Position numbers and translations under genes: made by a program. The notes beneath the pieces are model-generated. The model ran no database searches and was not told where the DNA came from. It worked only from the letters and a program-made list of their open reading frames with translations. This document shows positions 11,438 to 22,295 of a DNA stretch of 48,485 nucleotides, one piece after another (position 1 is the stretch's first letter; every line of letters begins with the position of its first letter). The DNA comes from Octopus bimaculoides (Eukaryota): the NCBI RefSeq assembly GCF_001194135.2, contig NC_069007.1:1079679-1128163 (forward strand), in the 5' to 3' direction.

Positions 11438-11492
11438 CGAACTGGCAGAAGCGTTAGCACGCCGTTCCGACTTCATGTTACTGAGTTCAAAC
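11438..11492 (+). mobile_element. SINE family A head fragment, head-to-head with the previous copy
   Basis: ctggcagaagcgttagcacgccg...ctgagttcaaactc. Confidence 0.8.
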
Positions 11493-11555
11493 TCAGGTCA
11501 AACGAGTTAAGGACACGAAACCTTTAATGGACTATCCATCCATCCATACATACAT

Positions 11556-11587
<32 letters not shown>

Positions 11588-12399
11588 GCACACACACACA
11601 CACACATTTGGACGTATATATATATATATACACACACATACATACACATTCAGACGCATATCCATCTATCTCTTTATCTATCTCTTTGTCTCACTCTATA
11701 TATGTGTGTGCCTGTGTGCGCGCGGGCGTATGTATGTGTGTATGCATGTTTGTGTATGCGCGTGCGTATGTTTGTGTGTATGTCTCTGTGTGTGTCTGTG
11801 TGTGCATGTATGTGCATCATTCTACAGTTTTCGTGTGTGAAATTCCACACGTATTGCACTGCTCAGAGGCCCGAAGGATATTACAAACTGACCAGATCTC
11901 CGAAAACGTAGACTACATTACAATATTTCCTGTTGGTGTGTGTTACTAAATTATTCCTTTAAGTAATGTGTTTATACATGTCATATATGCAGATACGAAT
12001 TTCATATAACATTCATGAAATACATAATAAAAACTTAAAATTTGCGTGATTTATTCAATTTTAGCCAACTTTATTTCATGTTACTTCAACTCATTCAACA
12101 TACAAACAAATGCATGATCTGAATTATGTTCATATAAATAACATGGTAGGTTTCAAGCACGTACAACAGAAGCCGAACACGAGATTACAACTGTATAACT
12201 TAGACATCATCTTATTTGTTAAATAAATTAATTGACGATGATGTGTCGATGGTACATGCGTGTAATATTTGTATACACGCGTATGAAATCCCATGTTGCA
12301 CACACCGATGTTTGTACATACAATCCAATATTTCACACACATACACTCACACTCACACACATACACTCACACACACACACATTTCTATATATCTTTGAG

Positions 12400-12555
12400 A
12401 TCTAGCTCTGTAGTAAGAAGCTTGCCTCCCAACCACACGGTTCCGAGTTCTGTCTGAACGTGCGTCACCTTGCGCAAGTGTCTTCTATAGCGTCGGACCA
12501 ATCACACCATTTTCAGCGGATTTGGTAGACGGAAACTGAAAGAAGCCAGTCTTAT
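12400..12555 (+). mobile_element. SINE family B head followed by (TACA)n/(TA)n
   Basis: gtagtaagaagcttgcctcccaaccacacggttccgag...caccttgcgcaagtgtcttctatagc...ggatttggtagacggaaactgaaagaagcc. Confidence 0.88.
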
Positions 12556-12566
12556 ACATACATACA

Positions 12567-12630
<64 letters not shown>

Positions 12631-12649
12631 ACACCATTAATTTTTTTTC

Positions 12650-12738
12650 GTGTTTTTCTCCTTGTTTTCTCCATATTCTTTCTGTTTTAGAGCGTAGCTC
12701 GAAATGTTAAAGACTTTCTGTATTCCCGAGCGTCAAAC
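12650..12738 (+). mobile_element. Interspersed repeat with a GAGC-GTA-GCTC-GAAA box (Penelope pLTR-like), cut by a gap
   Basis: ttctgttttagagcgtagctcgaaatgttaaagactttctgtattcccgagcgtc. A related CGAAACGTTAAA...GCGTC segment lies on the minus strand at 20140-20245. Confidence 0.35.
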
Positions 12739-13699
12739 NNNNNNNNNNNNNNNNNNNNNNNNNNNNNNNNNNNNNNNNNNNNNNNNNNNNNNNNNNNNNN
12801 NNNNNNNNNNNNNNNNNNNNNNNNNNNNNNNNNNNNNNNNNNNNNNNNNNNNNNNNNNNNNNNNNNNNNNNNNNNNNNNNNNNNNNNNNNNNNNNNNNNN
12901 NNNNNNNNNNNNNNNNNNNNNNNNNNNNNNNNNNNNNNNNNNNNNNNNNNNNNNNNNNNNNNNNNNNNNNNNNNNNNNNNNNNNNNNNNNNNNNNNNNNN
13001 NNNNNNNNNNNNNNNNNNNNNNNNNNNNNNNNNNNNNNNNNNNNNNNNNNNNNNNNNNNNNNNNNNNNNNNNNNNNNNNNNNNNNNNNNNNNNNNNNNNN
13101 NNNNNNNNNNNNNNNNNNNNNNNNNNNNNNNNNNNNNNNNNNNNNNNNNNNNNNNNNNNNNNNNNNNNNNNNNNNNNNNNNNNNNNNNNNNNNNNNNNNN
13201 NNNNNNNNNNNNNNNNNNNNNNNNNNNNNNNNNNNNNNNNNNNNNNNNNNNNNNNNNNNNNNNNNNNNNNNNNNNNNNNNNNNNNNNNNNNNNNNNNNNN
13301 NNNNNNNNNNNNNNNNNNNNNNNNNNNNNNNNNNNNNNNNNNNNNNNNNNNNNNNNNNNNNNNNNNNNNNNNNNNNNNNNNNNNNNNNNNNNNNNNNNNN
13401 NNNNNNNNNNNNNNNNNNNNNNNNNNNNNNNNNNNNNNNNNNNNNNNNNNNNNNNNNNNNNNNNNNNNNNNNNNNNNNNNNNNNNNNNNNNNNNNNNNNN
13501 NNNNNNNNNNNNNNNNNNNNNNNNNNNNNNNNNNNNNNNNNNNNNNNNNNNNNNNNNNNNNNNNNNNNNNNNNNATATATATATATATATGCATGTTTAC
13601 ATACAGATTTACATACTCATGTGTGTGCATGTCATTTATACATACAGATTTACATACACACAGACATATATATTTTACATGAAGGATTTTCTTTTCAGC

Positions 13700-13906
13700 A
13701 GATTCATTCATTGTGTTACTGATCTCATTCACTCAACAGCGGCCATGCTGGGATACTGCTTCTGGGTCATATGTCGGTCATATTAAACTCCTGGATACAT
13801 CAGTCTGATACTTGTTCAATGGAAACCAATTTATCGAATGGTGAGGTGAGCTTTTGGCTTTGAGGGATGAAACGATACGTACAGACTGTAGAGTACAGCA
13901 GAAACA

Positions 13907-13940
<34 letters not shown>
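13700..13940 (-). mobile_element. SINE family B tail plus internal (GT)n, degraded
   Basis: cagcggccatgctgggatactgc is the reverse complement of the family B tail gcagtgctccagcatggccg; followed by (CA)n. Confidence 0.55.
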
Positions 13941-13948
<8 letters not shown>

Positions 13949-14112
13949 AACACACATGAGCGCGCAGCACACAAACATACACACACATAAAAACACGCAC
14001 ATATAGACACGCACATATACACACGCACAGAGATATAGGAACACATAATTATAGTCATATACAAAGATGTACGTGTATAACATTGCATATCTTGGCTGTG
14101 ATACATGTTTTT

Positions 14113-14270
14113 TAGGCGTTGCTCAGTGGTAAGAAGCTTAGTTCCCAGCCACATATTCTCAGGTTCAGTCCTACTGCGTGGCACATTGAGAAAGTATCTT
14201 CTACTCTAGTTTCGAGCCGACCAGACTCTTGTGATTAGATTTGGCAGACGAAAACAGGAAGAAGCTCTAC
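14113..14270 (+). mobile_element. SINE family B head
   Basis: gctcagtggtaagaagcttagttcccagccac...ggttcagtcctactgcgtggcacattgagaaagtatcttctac...gatttggcagacg. Confidence 0.88.
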
Positions 14271-14330
14271 GGATATATTTGAAAACACATACACACATAC
14301 ATTATATATATATATATATATATATATATA

Positions 14331-14499
14331 CTGTTGTGTCTGGGGAGAGTCATTTTCTTATTGTGTCTTAAAATTTAACACACTTAACGTTAAAATTTCC
14401 ACTTACTAATTTTATTTTCCTAAAATATTCGTTGCATCCTGCAACTTTTTCAATAGTGTTGACTCTGAGTCAAGACTATTGAAAAGGTTGCAAGACGCA
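14331..14499. mobile_element. Fold-back (palindromic) MITE in a (TA)n tract; right arm runs into the gap
   Basis: Starts TA|CTGTTGTGTC. 14433-14465 and 14467-14499 are 33-bp inverted arms (4 mismatches) around one central T; the palindrome is cut by Ns at 14500. Confidence 0.75.
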
Positions 14500-16556
14500 N
14501 NNNNNNNNNNNNNNNNNNNNNNNNNNNNNNNNNNNNNNNNNNNNNNNNNNNNNNNNNNNNNNNNNNNNNNNNNNNNNNNNNNNNNNNNNNNNNNNNNNNN
14601 NNNNNNNNNNNNNNNNNNNNNNNNNNNNNNNNNNNNNNNNNNNNNNNNNNNNNNNNNNNNNNNNNNNNNNNNNNNNNNNNNNNNNNNNNNNNNNNNNNNN
14701 NNNNNNNNNNNNNNNNNNNNNNNNNNNNNNNNNNNNNNNNNNNNNNNNNNNNNNNNNNNNNNNNNNNNNNNNNNNNNNNNNNNNNNNNNNNNNNNNNNNN
14801 NNNNNNNNNNNNNNNNNNNNNNNNNNNNNNNNNNNNNNNNNNNNNNNNNNNNNNNNNNNNNNNNNNNNNNNNNNNNNNNNNNNNNNNNNNNNNNNNNNNN
14901 NNNNNNNNNNNNNNNNNNNNNNNNNNNNNNNNNNNNNNNNNNNNNNNNNNNNNNTATATATGTATATATATAGTGTTTATTTGTATTACTATCTCTACAT
15001 CGGCTAGAATTTAATTTCTCTTATTGGCTCTCTTGACGCTGCGGGCCTTGCCAAGGTTGAAAGATTCGCTGATAAACTCCAATTCCTTTTAACACTACTA
15101 TCTGTTTTCGATACTGATCATATTTGCTTCTGACCTATTGCCTGTAGCTACATATACATACATACATACATACATACATACATACATACAAGAGGGTATC
15201 TATGGACAACTGCTTCGAAACCTCCAGCTTCTATATCTGCACTATGAATTCATACCAATAATAATTGAAATAGGTTTTGTTAGTAACTACTTAAAGGAGA
15301 ACCTGGATAAACTGTGATTTTCAGAAGCAGTAATTAATCGAGTGACTCGTATATTACAAGTGTTTGAAACTATCTCCCTCCTCAGCGGAAGATTTGTAAT
15401 ATTTAAAAAAATTGAAGAGTCATACATCCATACTCACGGACAGACAGACTGAGACAGAAGTACAGACGCACATGCATATATATATATATGCCGTTTAGCT
15501 ATTTCCATATAAATATGAGAACATTTGTATAAAATTATGTCAACTAAATTTCACTTAGAATTCATAATTTACCCAAATCTTAGAGTGCATGGTACTTCTG
15601 CATGCATTCTAAATGGGCTGCAAATGTCAACAGCATTTGGAAGTAGTGTTCTTGAATATTCGTTTACTTCTTCACGAACGAAATTCTTTCACAAGATTCT
15701 ACGATAAAGAGGATGCATTGCAAAGGCGATAAAATATTTCGAAAAACCAATTAATGGTAAGTGTCTTGATTACGTAATTACTTAATTAGCTTAATCCCTG
15801 TGCTATTAGGAAATTAAATCGAATCAAGTAGGAGACCGATATATAATTGTCTAAATTTAAGTCCTTGCCAGCGAATGAGTTTTCTCAGTCATCGCCACAT
15901 TGAAACAATACAATAATTTCGAATGACATTTGGACATCAAGAAATGCGCAAGAGACAAACGGTAAAGAAGATATTATTAGAAAGAACACACACATCTGTG
16001 AATGCATCAAAATTCCAGCAATCATTGATGACAAGGAAAGACTATATCACTTGTCATTTTTAATTGCATCGCAAATAAAAAAAGACCAACATAATGTCGA
16101 CATACTAACTAACTTGATTAAAGAATCATTTTTAAGGAAGGGAATCCCTCATATAAAATGTACAACGGAATTTCTATACATCTAACATCAACTGATGTCT
16201 CCCAAGCAAATGACAATCATAGCCCACGGACTAAAACTTCGTTTTATCTTTATTTACCTGATTGAAATAAACATATATGCTTTTCTACTCTACACTCAAG
16301 GCTATTTGATACACACCTACACACAACTATACACATTTATTTATCTCAGTATAAATATGTAGGTAGTGGTTGAATGAATGTATGTCTGAAGTTAAATTTG
16401 GTTTGGCGTTTCATTTAGAGTTTTTAACAGTTAAAATTTTTTGAGATGTTCAGTTTAAATTTCAATAAACAGTTAGAATTTCAATATCGATTACATTAAT
16501 AATGTTATGTTGACAAATTTTCCTAAATATTATTATTAATTTTAATAATATCATGT

Positions 16557-16589
<33 letters not shown>

Positions 16590-16964
16590 NNNNNNNNNNN
16601 NNNNNNNNNNNNNNNNNNNNNNNNNNNNNNNNNNNNNNNNNNNNNNNNNNNNNNAATTGCTGGATTGTTAATGTGTAATCTAAAATAAAGACAAGATTTT
16701 TTTTGTACGCCTGCCATACATGAAGAATTACCTAAGATTTGTGTTCTACATGCATTTGCTGGAATCTGATTGTTGGAAATTCACCCCTATTTCTTTATAC
16801 TGTGTGCTTCCGTGGTATCTGCCGGAATACTTTATTCCCATTTTTCTTATACATACATTTCTCTCTATATATATATAGATAAATATATATATAACAAATG
16901 AAAGACAGAAGATGGAATATACAAAAATATATTATTAACTACAGCAATTGTTTCGACACATCTG

Positions 16965-17269
16965 ACATCGATTCCTCCAAGAGTCGCAGCTGATACGATC
17001 AACGGAGCAGCTTGCTTGTGAAATTAACGTGAAAGTGGCTGAGCATTCCACAGACAGGTGTTCTCTTAACGTATTTCTCAGGGAGTTTCAGCATGACAGA
17101 GACTTTGATAAGGCTGGCCCTTTGAAATATAGGTACAACTCATTTTTGCCAGGTGAGTGAACTGGAGCAACGTGAAATAAAGTGTCTTGCTCAAAGACAC
17201 AACGCGTTTCCGGGAATCGAACTCACGATCGTGAGACAAATGTCTCAGCCACGATGCCACGCGACTTCA

Positions 17270-17270
<1 letters not shown>
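16965..17270 (-). mobile_element. SINE family C, near full length
   Basis: Reverse-complement head has the B-box gagttcgattcccgg, then gttgtgtctttgagcaagacactttatttcacgttgctccagttcactcacctgg. This resembles the ...TTGRGCAAG.CACTT... motif of the CORE/V/Meta-type SINE central domains. Confidence 0.8.
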
Positions 17271-17321
<51 letters not shown>

Positions 17322-18024
17322 GGAGGTGTACGTATGTATGTACGTACATTTATAGACAAATATGTACAGTTATATATATTTTAAGAGAACCTCACATAGA
17401 TGTTAGTTTTACAAATATATTATATTTAAATATTGCTAAGCAAGTAGGGTAAACACAACTTGTTTATACAAAATATTTTATGAACACATCAAATTTTATT
17501 TACGTTCTTTCTACGCACTCTCTTCACTGTTTATATATATATATATATATATACACAATTGCGCACACATACACGTATATAATTATGTATGCGCATACAT
17601 GTGTGTATGTGTGTGTGCGTGCAAGGAGTTTGCAGAATCAAACATTTCTGTTCCTTGTTTGAAGCCAAGCCAGTGTTTTTTTTTTTATATAGATTTTATA
17701 TATATTTCTCTTTCACTCCTTCTCTCCCCTCTTTTAAATCGTTTATCTTTTCCTCTCCTACTCTTACATTACCACTATTCACCCCCCAACATATTCGCCT
17801 CTTATATTTTCCTATCAATGTGTGTGATTTTTTTCTCTTTAAATATCAAATATTATCCAATGTTTATTTATATATTATTATTATCATCATCATTATTATT
17901 ATTAGTATTATTCCTTTGCACATTTATGTGTTTTAAGGTTTGGTTTTGCTTGATTTCGATGTTTTCGTTTCCCTAACATCTTTCCTCAAATCATACTGGT
18001 CGAGGAAATATAGACATACAATAC

Positions 18025-18110
18025 ATCTTACAGCTTTTTATTTCTTTCATTTATTTCACTGCGGCTATGCTGGGGCACCGCATCGAGAAGCTTTAGTTAA
18101 ACAAATCCAC
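18025..18110 (-). mobile_element. SINE family B tail fragment
   Basis: actgcggctatgctggggcaccgc...tttagttaaacaaatc. Confidence 0.65.
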
Positions 18111-18280
18111 TTCTTCTTCTCCTACTCCTTGTTGTTGTTGTGCGAGGGAGCTGTGCATTCCATCAAAGGGACACCGAGGTAAAATATCCAAAGCCCAATA
18201 TACCCATCATCACTACCCGTCTGCTAAGGGTACACCAGGCACTTGCATCGCAATCATACATGCTCGACCTGGTGATCTAC

Positions 18281-18324
18281 GCATTTCGTCTAGTACGCTA
18301 ACGATTCTGCCAGCTCGCTGCCCT
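18281..18324 (-). mobile_element. SINE family A head fragment
   Basis: gcatttcgtctagtacgctaacgattctgccagctcgctgcc. Confidence 0.8.
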
Positions 18325-18326
18325 AA

Positions 18327-18363
<37 letters not shown>

Positions 18364-18366
18364 GAT

Positions 18367-18739
18367 AACAAGAGCATTCAGAGAACGCAAACCTCCGCAA
18401 GGCAACACCAATGTCCTCTCTACGATTAGCTGGAGAGGATTTTTAAAATGATAATATCTGAAATAAACTCGACTGCTCTCAAAAACGAGAATATTAAAAA
18501 TGAACCCGACCGCTCTCAAAAGTTAAGTAAAAAAAACAAAAAAAAAACGGGAAAATAATCCAGAATCCTTGCCCTGTACTGTATCGATCCCAAAATCTAA
18601 TCAGTTCGTACCAGTCACGAGGACAAACATCCTTGAAGGTTTCATCCGAATCCATCCAGCGTTTCTTGAGATGTCTTGTCCACAGACAAACAAACGCGAC
18701 TAAAAACAATACCTCCACCTTCGTTAAGGCGAAGGTAAT
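18367..18739 (+). mobile_element. HINE / Pearl / DINE-1-like non-autonomous Helentron-type element
   Basis: 5' aacaagagc with subterminal acctccgc (about 18390), core aatctaatcagttc...gtttcatccgaatcc, short (CAAA)n, and 3' hairpin tacctccacctt-cgtt-aaggcgaaggta (18710-18737). Confidence 0.75.
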
Positions 18740-19505
18740 GACGGTTTCAAATTTTGGCTTGGGGCCAACAATTTGATGACCTGGATGGTTTATTATTTCG
18801 ACCCCATCCAATATTTATTTAAACAACACGAATATGGTGAAAGGAAATATCGACATTTTGGCGATGGGGACAGAGAAGATAAACACGGATAAAATGTCAC
18901 TGAGCATTTTGTTCGGCATTGAAGATTTAGGAAGTTTTGTTCGACAGGAATACGTAAGAGTAAGGAACCAATACAAAGTACGAAAATAATAAAACAAAAA
19001 AGAAATAACCAAAAAAGACTAAAGATAATGTCAATACATACACAATCACAAATGCACACACACACACACACACAAACACACACATACATACACACTCAAA
19101 ATAATCTACATTTTTTTTTATATTTCGATGAATCATCAAATCTGTTAATCTATTTATCATGTCACGTAAATATCTGAATTCTTTTGATCTTGCGAAATGG
19201 TATTAATAAAATAGTAAAATAAAAAAAAATAAATAAATAAAATACAACAGAGGTACACACGCAAAAAAAAAAATTACAAAAAAATCTGTATCGAAACTTG
19301 CATTTGATAATAGATATAGATAAAGTCTGAAAATACAAGGGAGATAATTTCAATCTCATTTCTTTTTTCTTTTTTTTTTGTTGTTTGAAAACTTGTTTGC
19401 TTAATTTTTTTCCTGCTTCGTACACTTTTACTATTCTCCGTTTAATATCCGACGTCGGTGTGTGCAGCCAAGTTGCATGCGTGTGTGAGTGTCTACAGGT
19501 GTCTG

Positions 19506-19553
<48 letters not shown>

Positions 19554-19885
19554 CACACACACACATATGTATATTGGTAAGTTTGTATGGTGTATACATA
19601 TATGTCTACACCAGCACACACTTGTGAACCCGGCGCTCTCATGCGTCTGTGTACTGAAAATAAATACATTATGCATATACAGGCAAAAGTAATATATAAT
19701 TATCAATATGCATACAGACATATATATACACACACACATATATATATATACATACATATATGTATATATACATATATGTATATATNNNNNNNNNNNNNNN
19801 NNNNNNNNNNNNNNNNNNNNNNNNNNNNNNNNNNNNNNNNNNNNNNNNNNNNNNNNNNNNNNNNNNNNNNNNNNNNNNNNNNNNN

Positions 19886-20120
19886 AAGATTGGTCCAGGC
19901 CATGTCTAACTTAATAGCAGCACCTGATAGGATTAGCTAAATACTTTTTAAGTCAAGTTTTGTTGTAGTATGGTCGATTCAAGCAGGGACTTCTTGCTGA
20001 GTGAGTTGTATCCAGGTATAGGTGGCTTATCTGGTATTTAAAGGTGATGGGATCCTTTTCTTCTTTGATCAGTTTTGGGACAATGTAAAATAGCGCAGGG
20101 CCTGTTGAGGAAAATAAATT
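19886..20120 (-). mobile_element. Non-LTR retrotransposon (probably CR1/L2 group) 3' fragment
   Basis: ORF2 C-terminal remnant at 20120-19948 plus a putative 3' UTR running to the gap at 19885. Confidence 0.7.
19948..20120 (-). pseudogene. LINE ORF2 C-terminal remnant
   Basis: NLFSSTGPALFYIVPKLIKEEKDPITFK, then after a frame shift IPDKPPIPGYNSLSKKSLLESTILQQNLT*. Matches the GPxLFNxxP...FKxxLDxxLxxIPDxP...PGY pattern typical of invertebrate CR1-group ORF2 ends, with the LDxxL segment deleted. Confidence 0.7.
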
Positions 20121-20780
20121 TTAGTTGAAAATAAAAAACGGAGAACAAACACAAAAAACAACGCGAGGACGTGGTACATGTAAAGTATTAGCAGACGCTT
20201 TGTCAAGGAAAGAAAGATGGTTTAACGTTTCGATGAACGGGAACGTGAAACTCAGAGTAACAGTCTTTTGTTATATTTCTGCTGCTTTAAATAAAGCATA
20301 TTACTCTACCTCTGGTATTTGAGTACTCTTTTCTCCACCTTGTTGCACATTTCTGTGCTTACTCCGGTATATATATATATATATNNNNNNNNNNNNNNNN
20401 NNNNNNNNNNNNNNNNNNNNNNNNNNNNNNNNNNNNNNNNNNNNNNNNNNNNNNNNNNNNNNNNNNNNNNNNNNNNNNNNNNNNNNNNNNNNNNNNNNNN
20501 NNNNNNNNNNNNNNNNNNNNNNNNNNNNNNNNNNNNNNNNNNNNNNNNNNNNNNNNNNNNNNNNNNNNNNNNNNNNNNNNNNNNNNNNNNNNNNNNNNNN
20601 NNNNNNNNNNNNNNNNNNNNNNNNNNNNNNNNNNNNNNNNNNNNNNNNNNNNNNNNNNNNNNNNNNNNNNNNNNNNNNNNNNNNNNNNNNNNNNNNNNNN
20701 NNNNNNNNNNNNNNNNNNNNNNNNNNNNNNNNNNNNNNNNNNNNNNNNNNNNNNNNNNNNNNNNNNNNNNNNNNNNNNNN

Positions 20781-20825
<45 letters not shown>

Positions 20826-21292
20826 TTTTGTCTGTATGTATGTATAATAAACCTATTAGTCTCACTTTTAGTTGCATCTTATTCTGAAATTTAAAAAAAG
20901 CGAAGTATTTTGGTAGCCTGTAATGAATAGTGAAATGACAAGTTTCGTGTCTCATTAAAGACTAATCAGCGATCATTTATCTCTGTCTTAGCGAAAGGAA
21001 AAAAATACTGCGCACAAAACCTTATAGGCAAAGATTGTGAACAGCAACATTTCATATCCATATCTGGCTTATGAAAATACATATGCATTAAGATGCGTTT
21101 CGTATGATTATATATATCGCTGAATTTGCAGCGTAGAACTGGCTGTATTATTAAATCAAAATGGTCCGAGACTTCGACCTTTTTTTTTTTTTTACTTTAG
21201 GTCTTGGCTTTCATCATTCTGGGTTCGATATATAATCTATTCATGTTGCTTGTTGAACTTGGGATTCGTTAGGCCGTGCGATTGATCAATGT

Positions 21293-21505
21293 TTTCGGGC
21301 CGACCAAAGCCTTATGAGTGGGTGGCTGCGTCTTCGTGTATCCGTTAGTCTCCCACCTCTGTTTGTCAACCGGTGCTGGTGCGTTTACGTTGCTGTAACA
21401 TAGAGTTTCGGCAAACGAGACGATAGAATAAGTACCAGGCTTGAAAAAGTTCGTGAACGTAGTGCCCCAGCATGGCCGTAGTCTAACGACTGAAACATGT
21501 GAAAT
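21293..21505 (+). mobile_element. SINE family B, 5'-truncated, with tail
   Basis: tcgggccgaccaaagccttatgagtgg...ttcggcaaacgagacgatagaataagtaccaggc...ccagcatggccgtagtctaacgactgaaac. Confidence 0.85.
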
Positions 21506-22254
21506 ATTAATTCTTCGACGCTACTTTCTTTTCAAGAAAGAGTTAAGAGGGCCGTCATGAATTTCAAAGTAAAACAAAAATTATAAATTCATTGTTTCTT
21601 TATCAAGTAAAGCCAAAATCCTTCTTCTTTTTTAACACGGAATTTATTTTCACTATGAATAAATGTTTACTTAACTTATTACAAAATATCATTGAATATA
21701 TTACATATAAACATTTATTCATCACCAAATATCGATTGTCCATCAAGTTTATTCTGTGTGAGTTTATCAGACACAACCATTGTGTTGTTAGCTGTTGCCT
21801 TCTCTAATCGAGAGCAACGAAGGAACAAACGCATAACTGAGTCGCTAGAAATAGCAGGTAACTCTCACTCAAACACCATCGATTTATACACGAATCAGTA
21901 TCGCAAGGACGAAATTGTTTTTGGACCAACAGTGTTTTGACTAAAGCTTCTTCACCAATAGAATCCAAGCATTGCAATTCCGGATCTTTAGTGTGTGGAT
22001 CTTTAGGGAAGAACTAGATTTAAAAATGTGTGTGTTTGTGTATCAGGTCAGGCTGGAGATGGGTACGATGACTTCTCTTTGCAAATATTGATAGGACACA
22101 GATAGTGTGTCAATAGAGAGCTAGAGGAGATGTCTTCCTGGGGCTACAAGCTACAGTAGCATCAACCCCTAAGCGTTAGTCACATTTAAGTGGCAAATAT
22201 AGTTCACGATGTCATGCAACTACTGTTTGTACCTCGCTCAGAGATTTATTATCG

Positions 22255-22292
<38 letters not shown>

Positions 22293-22295
<3 letters not shown>

